From: a virus | Taxonomy: Duplodnaviria; Caudoviricetes | DNA length: 56,218 nucleotides | Virus record (IMG/VR): IMGVR_UViG_3300021961_000121 | Span: 1 to 56,218 of that record | Direction: 5' to 3' (one strand) | Shown here: positions 50,445 through 56,218 of the stretch, piece by piece | Numbering within the stretch: position 1 is the first letter of the stretch | Layout: the number at the start of each line of letters is the position of its first letter | The notes under the pieces: model-generated | What the model saw: only the letters and a program-made list of their open reading frames with translations | What the model was told of the DNA's origin: nothing | Databases searched by the model: none | Position numbers and translations under genes: made by a program

Positions 50445-50598
50445 TTGTTTTTCTCCTAAATTAACTTTTGGGATAATAAGATTATTCGGAATCTTAATAG
50501 AATATAATACTTTTCAAATAAGTAAACCACCCATTAAGGGGTGGTATTTTTAGTAATAAATATGGGAACTTTTTTTAAAACAATAGAGTGTTTACCAT

Positions 50599-50880
50599 TT
50601 ATTCCTCACGGCGTCTACGAACCCACTCCGCTCTCAAAGCAAGATTTCTCTTTTCTCTTCTTACCGTAGTTGGTTTCTTGTACTCTTTGTTATCTTTGAT
50701 AGCTTCAATGATTCCACTATCTTTCATAATGCGTTTCCAAGCTCTAATAGCGGCTTCCACATTGTTGTTGATAACTTTAACACCATTAGCGTGACCATAG
50801 AGATACATCTCTTGTCTTGGTGCTTTTTTCTTTTTGTCGTTGTTGTTACGACCTTCGTGTTGTTTTTGGTTTTCTTCCAT
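50599..50880 (-). CDS. rpsU: Phage-encoded ribosomal protein bS21 with N-terminal extension
   Basis: VKVINNNVEAAIRAWKRIMKDSGIIEAIKDNKEYKKPTTVRR fits the bS21 pattern V.V..E.ALR.FKR....G......E.YEKP. Confidence 0.85.
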   Translation of the reverse strand: MEENQKQHEGRNNNDKKKKAPRQEMYLYGHANGVKVINNNVEAAIRAWKRIMKDSGIIEAIKDNKEYKKPTTVRREKRNLALRAEWVRRRREE

Positions 50881-50895
50881 AGATTTATTTTAAAT

Positions 50896-50929
50896 AAAAA
50901 AACGGACATTACTTTTGTAACATCCGTTT
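50896..50929 (-). terminator. Terminator-like hairpin in the bS21 leader, abutting a late motif
   Basis: 13-bp stem (two G-U pairs on minus strand) plus T tract; TATTTATA at 50929-50936. Confidence 0.65.
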
Positions 50930-50947
50930 ATAAATATGGGAATAAAT

Positions 50948-52270
50948 TTAATCAAGATAGAAATAATCGGCATACTCATCTGAAATTAACTTTTGGCGAA
51001 TTCTTTCAGATGATAAATTGAAATGTGTCGCGGCTTCTTTTATTGTTTTAAATTCGATTCCATCACAACTAATTGTATTCAATTCAAATCTTATAAAATT
51101 TAACCAAGTGTTTTCCATTTCATCATAGGATACATCATAGTCATTTGGAAAGACGCGTTTCCAATGTTTCCAATTGGGTGAATTCGAATTCACCCAAGTT
51201 TTAACATTAACCTCCGTAATATTTCCTATAACCTTTACTACTTGTGATGGTGATTGAAATAACGCGCCATCAATTTCATATTGTATGTCTGGTTTTTTAT
51301 CAACACCAATTATATTCCAATTTTTATATTTGTATTTTAGCGATTTACACCGGCGTTCTACTTCAGATGCGACCAATATATTAGAATCAATATCTATCGC
51401 CGCTTCTCTATATGACTTATACTTCTTACCATCTATCTCACAAACATAAGTACCATCCCATTGAATGTCTTCAGTAGCTAGGTCTGGGTTTCCCTTTATA
51501 AATATCAAAACATTCTGATGGGTTGATGGTATTTTTCTATTACGATTGAAATATAGGTTGGACATTTTTCCCGCCTGTTGTGACCCATTTATCATCACAA
51601 CATCATTATAGTAGTGAAACCCACATTCTTCGGCAATTCTAATAGTAGATGGTACGAATCCCTTATACTTACCAATCTTATAGTTGCCAGTAGTCAACCT
51701 ATCTCGTATCTCACTCACAACAATAATAAAGAACCTATTGTCTTTTAGTTTATCGTATGACTTTTGGATGATTGATTTATATTTCATAAGAAACTCATCC
51801 CAACCCATATTGGATAGGTCATTTGGATTATCGGAATATATTTCCAAGTCGTGATATGGTGGACAAGTAAATATCAAATCATATTGGTCTTGTAGTGTAT
51901 CTAATACTTCTTCACTATCACCACAAATCCAAGTTGGTTTATTGGATTGGAGTTTGTTTGCGTCTATCTGTTCCTTGGATAGTTCTATACCTGTATATTT
52001 GAAACCCAACTCTTCGGCTACAATACCCCTAACACTTCCACCTGCAAATGGGTCAAGGACTGAACCTGATGGTGGTATGAATGAAGTGTAGATGGTTTCG
52101 CATAAAGTAGCGTCAAATATAGATACAGTATTATCATCCCAAAACCTTGATTTGGATATAGTATCCTCTCTACCAAGTTCCGATTGGATGTTGTATTTTT
52201 GTATCCACCACCTCTTTCGGGCTTGCCATTCTTTCTTCCGTGTATCTAATACAGATAAAAATCCATTCAT
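50948..52270 (-). CDS. DNA amino-methyltransferase fused to three NUMOD1-like repeats
   Basis: LDPFAGG (motif I), TCPPY (motif IV); C-terminal IDGKKYKSYREAA / IDGALFQSPSQV / CDGIEFKTIKEAA; start moved to ATG 52270. Confidence 0.8.
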   Translation of the reverse strand: MNGFLSVLDTRKKEWQARKRWWIQKYNIQSELGREDTISKSRFWDDNTVSIFDATLCETIYTSFIPPSGSVLDPFAGGSVRGIVAEELGFKYTGIELSKEQIDANKLQSNKPTWICGDSEEVLDTLQDQYDLIFTCPPYHDLEIYSDNPNDLSNMGWDEFLMKYKSIIQKSYDKLKDNRFFIIVVSEIRDRLTTGNYKIGKYKGFVPSTIRIAEECGFHYYNDVVMINGSQQAGKMSNLYFNRNRKIPSTHQNVLIFIKGNPDLATEDIQWDGTYVCEIDGKKYKSYREAAIDIDSNILVASEVERRCKSLKYKYKNWNIIGVDKKPDIQYEIDGALFQSPSQVVKVIGNITEVNVKTWVNSNSPNWKHWKRVFPNDYDVSYDEMENTWLNFIRFELNTISCDGIEFKTIKEAATHFNLSSERIRQKLISDEYADYFYLD

Positions 52271-52275
52271 AACTA

Positions 52276-52309
52276 CAAATATACAAAAAAGGTTTGGAAT
52301 ATCCAAACC
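52276..52309 (-). promoter_or_regulatory. Bacteroidota-type promoter fused with a terminator-like hairpin
   Basis: GGTTTGG-ATATT-CCAAACC-TTTTTTG-TATATTTG, 5 nt before ATG. Confidence 0.72.
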
Positions 52310-52336
52310 TTCTTTAAATAAATTATATTTTAAAAA

Positions 52337-52771
52337 TTATTCACCAGGAAAATAATCCATAGCATTTATGTATTTATCTTCAATATTTTTTAAGTTTCTT
52401 CTATAAGAATTTAACTCGGCTTGATTTTTTTTCATTAATTCAAGTTGAGATTTTTCTTTTACAGAATCACCTTTACTTCTAGCATCAAAGTATGGTTGAG
52501 CCAATTCTTTTTGTTTATCTTCAAGTTCTCTAATTTTCTTAACAACCGCTGCATACTTAATATACATTTTTGGTGCTTTATTAGACATTGCTTCGTTAAC
52601 CGACTCGTAAGTTCCTTCCGATAGGGTATCTAACCCATCCTTAAACATTGAAAGTAATTTTCCCAACTCTCTTTGTTTTGCTGGAGATAATTTCTTAATC
52701 TTACCCAAGTTCTTTTTAATCATATTGTTAAATTCAATAGATAGGTCTTGGAGGATGTCCATCTCGTTCAT
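52337..52771 (-). CDS. Hypothetical head-module protein
   Basis: 144 aa, helical; TAATG-coupled to upstream gene. Confidence 0.7.
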   Translation of the reverse strand: MNEMDILQDLSIEFNNMIKKNLGKIKKLSPAKQRELGKLLSMFKDGLDTLSEGTYESVNEAMSNKAPKMYIKYAAVVKKIRELEDKQKELAQPYFDARSKGDSVKEKSQLELMKKNQAELNSYRRNLKNIEDKYINAMDYFPGE

Positions 52772-53727
52772 TACTTGCCTTTCAATAAACTTGTAAGTTT
52801 CATTGATTTAGATTCGTTAAATTTCATTTTGTGTTTGATAACGATTCCACTATCAGTATCTTTAAAGTCGATGTAAACCTCTTTGGTGTTACCGGCTTTA
52901 TCACCCTTTGTATACAATCTTTGTTGTAATACCTTTACGATATCGGCGGGGGTCTTCTTGTAGTGTTGAGCGGCCTTCTTTACCATTGGGTGTTTGATTA
53001 ACTCTTTGTTGAATTCGGCAACAGCAACTGGGTATTTAACTTCGTTTACTGATTCGTTCTTTTCAAAAGAAGGTTCATTATGAAACTCTCTTCTTTTTTC
53101 TTCGTGGTCAGCTTCTACTTCTTCATCTTCAAGTTGAGCATCTGAAACTTTGTATAGTTTACCATCTTCGGTTTCACGAGTTTCTTCTTCGTTGGTAAAT
53201 TCTTTTGCGTTCTCTTTGTCATCTGCGTCAACGGAAGTTACTTTATATTTCTTACCATCAACTTCGAACTCTTCTTCACCGGCTGCGATAGCTTTAGCTC
53301 TTGCAGCACCAAACTCGTTACCTTCTTTGATTTCGTAGTATTTACCAAGAACCTCACCGATTTCATCGTAAGCAGATTCCATTCTTTGTTGAAGGGTAAC
53401 TACCTCTTTGATAGAGTTAGAGAATACTTTGTAAGATTCGTTCATAGATTTCATATGTCTTTGAACTGTAACTTTATCAAACCAATCACCAGTTTCTTTA
53501 AGAGTCAATGAATTTGCATTCTCAACAATCTTTTTAATTGACTCGTGGATTTCGGCCAAGTTACCTTTGTGGGAAATCATCTCACCCAATTGGCGATAAG
53601 CACCAACGGCTTCAACGAATGCTCTTTTCTCTTCGTTGGTCATTCCCTTTTCTTGCTCTTCCTCGCCGATGTTCATTCTACGGTAATCGAGGTTTTGAGA
53701 TTCTTTAAGTAAGTTCTTTAATTTCAT
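52771..53727 (-). CDS. Hypothetical head-module protein (possible internal/core protein)
   Basis: 318 aa with LLKE/IKE/VNE putative prohead-protease sites. Confidence 0.7.
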   Translation of the reverse strand: MKLKNLLKESQNLDYRRMNIGEEEQEKGMTNEEKRAFVEAVGAYRQLGEMISHKGNLAEIHESIKKIVENANSLTLKETGDWFDKVTVQRHMKSMNESYKVFSNSIKEVVTLQQRMESAYDEIGEVLGKYYEIKEGNEFGAARAKAIAAGEEEFEVDGKKYKVTSVDADDKENAKEFTNEEETRETEDGKLYKVSDAQLEDEEVEADHEEKRREFHNEPSFEKNESVNEVKYPVAVAEFNKELIKHPMVKKAAQHYKKTPADIVKVLQQRLYTKGDKAGNTKEVYIDFKDTDSGIVIKHKMKFNESKSMKLTSLLKGK

Positions 53728-53729
53728 TT

Positions 53730-54368
53730 TTATACTCCAAAGTCACATTCACAATATCCACCAACTTCACAAATGATATCTCTCATAATGGTGTTGGCTT
53801 TCTTGTATTTATAAGTATTCTTTTTAGCGATAACCGATTCGTTGATTACACCTTCATTAGTTGGTCGTAGGAACGCTCCGTGAGTTGATGGATTGGATAC
53901 AAAATCCCAACAAATCAAATCAAAGTCGTTTTCAACTGCAACCGTGTCTTCACCAAGTTGTTTTACTGAACCCATCCCTCTTGAAGAGATACCAACCGTA
54001 CATCCGGCTTTGATGAGTTCTTTAAGGATGTTACCGGCAGGTGTGTTTAAGATTTCAACTGTACCTACAACATCATCACCCTTCCAATAAACATCACGAA
54101 CGATGTGTGAGGTATTCTTTAATTCTACAACGGCAGATTCAGGGTGGTCGAGTTCTCCGTAAGCACGATTCTCTTTGATTTCACGACCCTTGTACTTTTC
54201 GACTTCTCGTTCGAGGATATTTCGTGGATATACTCTACCATTTTGGTTCTTGGCGTTTGCTCTCTGCAATACACCACTAACCAAGAAACGACCAGTTTTT
54301 TCTTGGGCCTCTTGTAACATCGTAGGTGTTACCTCGAACACCATTACATCCATTAACAATTGTTTCAT
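53730..54368 (-). CDS. Prohead core protease (T4 gp21-like)
   Basis: NQNGRVYP, GELDHP, TPAGNI, GISSRGMGS, DFVSNPS; start at ATG 54368 (GGGAG upstream). Confidence 0.93.
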   Translation of the reverse strand: MKQLLMDVMVFEVTPTMLQEAQEKTGRFLVSGVLQRANAKNQNGRVYPRNILEREVEKYKGREIKENRAYGELDHPESAVVELKNTSHIVRDVYWKGDDVVGTVEILNTPAGNILKELIKAGCTVGISSRGMGSVKQLGEDTVAVENDFDLICWDFVSNPSTHGAFLRPTNEGVINESVIAKKNTYKYKKANTIMRDIICEVGGYCECDFGV

Positions 54369-54508
54369 TATTTCTCCCAAACTTGTCTTTTACGATATAA
54401 ATCAAAAAAGATTCGTGCGATTTCTCTACGAATCATCAATCTGATATCCTCAAGGTCTTGGACTTCAAGGTTCTCGTTAATTTTCTTTTTGTTACAACCA
54501 CATCCCAT
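54368..54508 (-). CDS. 46-aa protein (not in ORF track)
   Basis: MGCGCNKKKINENLEVQDLEDIRLMIRREIARIFFDLYRKRQVWEK*; fills the gap; stop overlaps the protease ATG. Confidence 0.72.
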   Translation of the reverse strand: MGCGCNKKKINENLEVQDLEDIRLMIRREIARIFFDLYRKRQVWEK

Positions 54509-54509
54509 T

Positions 54510-55016
54510 TTATGAACCTAATTCTTTAATCTTACGAGAAATCTTTAACATTCTTTCAGAAATCTTTCCGAAACGAACTTTTGTTGATTCCCAAAACTGA
54601 CCTTGGTCTACACCAACTTCCATTTTCAATTTGGTGTTTTGGTTTACGAGTTGTTCTACTTCGTACAACTTGCGGTTGATTTCTTTGATAGCAAGGTTCA
54701 CCTTTTTCTTGGCGGACATTGACTCATCTTTTTTGTAAGCTCTATATGTAGCTTCAATTAAATTTTCTAACCTGGCTTCCATTTTAGAAATGGACTCAAA
54801 GTTTTGTTTTGATTTATTAGATTTTTTATAACCCAATACTTCAATATGGTCTGGGTCTAAATCATCCTCATCTTGACTTTTTGCAAAAGCAGCAGGGGTC
54901 TTAATAGGACCAGCACCACCATCCATATTTCCGGTGACATTCGCCTCTTCCAATTCCTCTTCAGATTCGAATTGTTTAAATTTTGATTCCAATTGTTCCA
55001 TTAAGAATTTAGACAT
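54510..55016 (-). CDS. Hypothetical head-module protein
   Basis: 168 aa; LEEANVTG...TPAAF; coiled-coil C-terminus. Confidence 0.72.
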   Translation of the reverse strand: MSKFLMEQLESKFKQFESEEELEEANVTGNMDGGAGPIKTPAAFAKSQDEDDLDPDHIEVLGYKKSNKSKQNFESISKMEARLENLIEATYRAYKKDESMSAKKKVNLAIKEINRKLYEVEQLVNQNTKLKMEVGVDQGQFWESTKVRFGKISERMLKISRKIKELGS

Positions 55017-55019
55017 ATC

Positions 55020-55856
55020 TTAACCCTTTCTTAACTCTTGCAAAAGTTCGTGGTATCTTAAAAGTGAAAGCACTTGGTTCTCACTAATAACTTTAGATGC
55101 TGTAATATTATCAATAAGGGTTACAGTTTCATTTAATTTGATTTGAGTAACCTTATCACCGATTTTCAATTTACCAAATTCGGTTTTTAATTTCTTAACT
55201 TCTGAAAGGACAAACTTTCTTAACTTGTCTGAATTGTCAACATTGTTGATGTAGTTACGAAGGATTGTCTTTTGTGATTCAGAAAGGTTTGTATATTTTG
55301 AATTGAACGAATCAATCAAGAACTTGTACGCCAACATACGAACCTCTTTAGGTTGTGATGCGTATTCCTTGTCAGTAGCTTCGGTTACAATCTCAACATC
55401 TTTTTTAGTGATGGTTTCCAATATTGTGTTCTTACAATCAACATACTCCTTTGGAGATACTGATTGAGTGTGTTCAAACATCTTGAATACGGAAGCCATC
55501 TCACGATAATTGTTTACACGATACTTGAAGAAATCTTCCATAACAAATGATTCTTTGATTGACTTAATCAAGTTATACTTTTGTCTACGGAGAATAGATT
55601 CGTTTAAGTTACCTCTCTCTTGGAGAATGATGTTAACAAATTCTTGTGCTTTGTATTGTGAATCAAAGTTCTCTTTGGTAAGAGCTTGATACATCTTCAA
55701 CTCTTTAGAAAGTTCAGTTCCTCTCTTAAAGTGCTTCTTGATGATTTCTAACGCAAGAGAATCCTTACCGGCTAATGTGTCGGAAGCGATTTGTCTTACA
55801 AGTAATTCAAATAAGATACCTGTATTTTTAAACTTGCTATGTTTAAGTTTACTCAT
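55020..55856 (-). CDS. Conserved hypothetical head-module protein
   Basis: 278 aa, KHSKFKNTGILFELL; late motif at 55885-55892. Confidence 0.75.
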   Translation of the reverse strand: MSKLKHSKFKNTGILFELLVRQIASDTLAGKDSLALEIIKKHFKRGTELSKELKMYQALTKENFDSQYKAQEFVNIILQERGNLNESILRRQKYNLIKSIKESFVMEDFFKYRVNNYREMASVFKMFEHTQSVSPKEYVDCKNTILETITKKDVEIVTEATDKEYASQPKEVRMLAYKFLIDSFNSKYTNLSESQKTILRNYINNVDNSDKLRKFVLSEVKKLKTEFGKLKIGDKVTQIKLNETVTLIDNITASKVISENQVLSLLRYHELLQELRKG

Positions 55857-55895
55857 CCTAAACCTTCTAATTATCGTTCTACTTTATAAATATAC

Positions 55896-56218
55896 TTAAA
55901 TTGTTTCATCCAATAAGTTTGACTCATCCAACATACCAACATCCTTACGATTTGACTCTTCTTTTAAAGATTCGGTAATGATTGAACTCGTTTTAATCTT
56001 CTTCTTTTTCAAAGACGCTTTTAGTGCATTACTTGATTCTGAAGCGAGTGGTGTATTTCTGAAATTGTGGAATGTTGATTCTCTACCAATCCCATCATTC
56101 TTACCTAACGGATTTCTACCAAATGAGTTTTGGTCAGTTCCATAAGTACCACCTTCGGTTGGTCTACCAGCACCCTCAAATCCACCTTCAGGTGACCCAC
56201 CTTCATTGTCTTGCCCTT
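55896..56218 (-). CDS. 3' end of a gene, probably portal protein (gp20-like)
   Basis: Open frame ...GAGRPTEGGTYGTDQNSFGRNPLGK...LDESNLLDETI*; assigned mainly by synteny. Confidence 0.55.
   Translation of the reverse strand, partial: GQDNEGGSPEGGFEGAGRPTEGGTYGTDQNSFGRNPLGKNDGIGRESTFHNFRNTPLASESSNALKASLKKKKIKTSSIITESLKEESNRKDVGMLDESNLLDETI

Noticed and set aside
256-54444. All plus-strand ORFs in the track (e.g. 15272-15769, 40264-40770, 49864-50322)
   Set aside because: Antisense to well-supported minus-strand genes, low complexity, no recognisable motifs.
1-56218. Stop-codon reassignment as in some large phages
   Set aside because: Conserved genes are full length and densely packed in the standard code.

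Overview
56 kb of a large T4-like (myovirus) phage genome. Almost all real genes are on the minus strand, and the standard genetic code reads through cleanly. In transcription order (right to left): head module (portal end, prohead protease, scaffold, major capsid protein) containing a ribosomal protein bS21 gene and an inserted DNA methyltransferase; phoH; Ser/Thr-rich fibre/adhesin genes; two giant collagen-like genes, each with an N-terminal Hint domain; a 2OG-Fe(II) oxygenase, a GT2 glycosyltransferase and a GT4/PLOD-type lysyl-hydroxylase fusion; neck, sheath, tube, tail chaperone, tape measure and baseplate genes; a small-ORF island; and replication genes (short PolA, gp32 SSB, RecA/UvsX, 5'-3' exonuclease, helicase, nrdB). 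TAnnTTTG promoters and bS21 point to a Bacteroidota host (inference). The best candidate novel system is a phage 'procollagen maturation' locus: self-cleaving collagens plus hydroxylases and glycosyltransferases. Other candidates are a bS21/Shine-Dalgarno translational switch, a structured 5'-leader RNA, a late motif that is the reverse complement of the T4 late promoter, and a pervasive [ST]-[GAS]-S motif in virion proteins. All calls come from motif recognition by eye; no searches were run.
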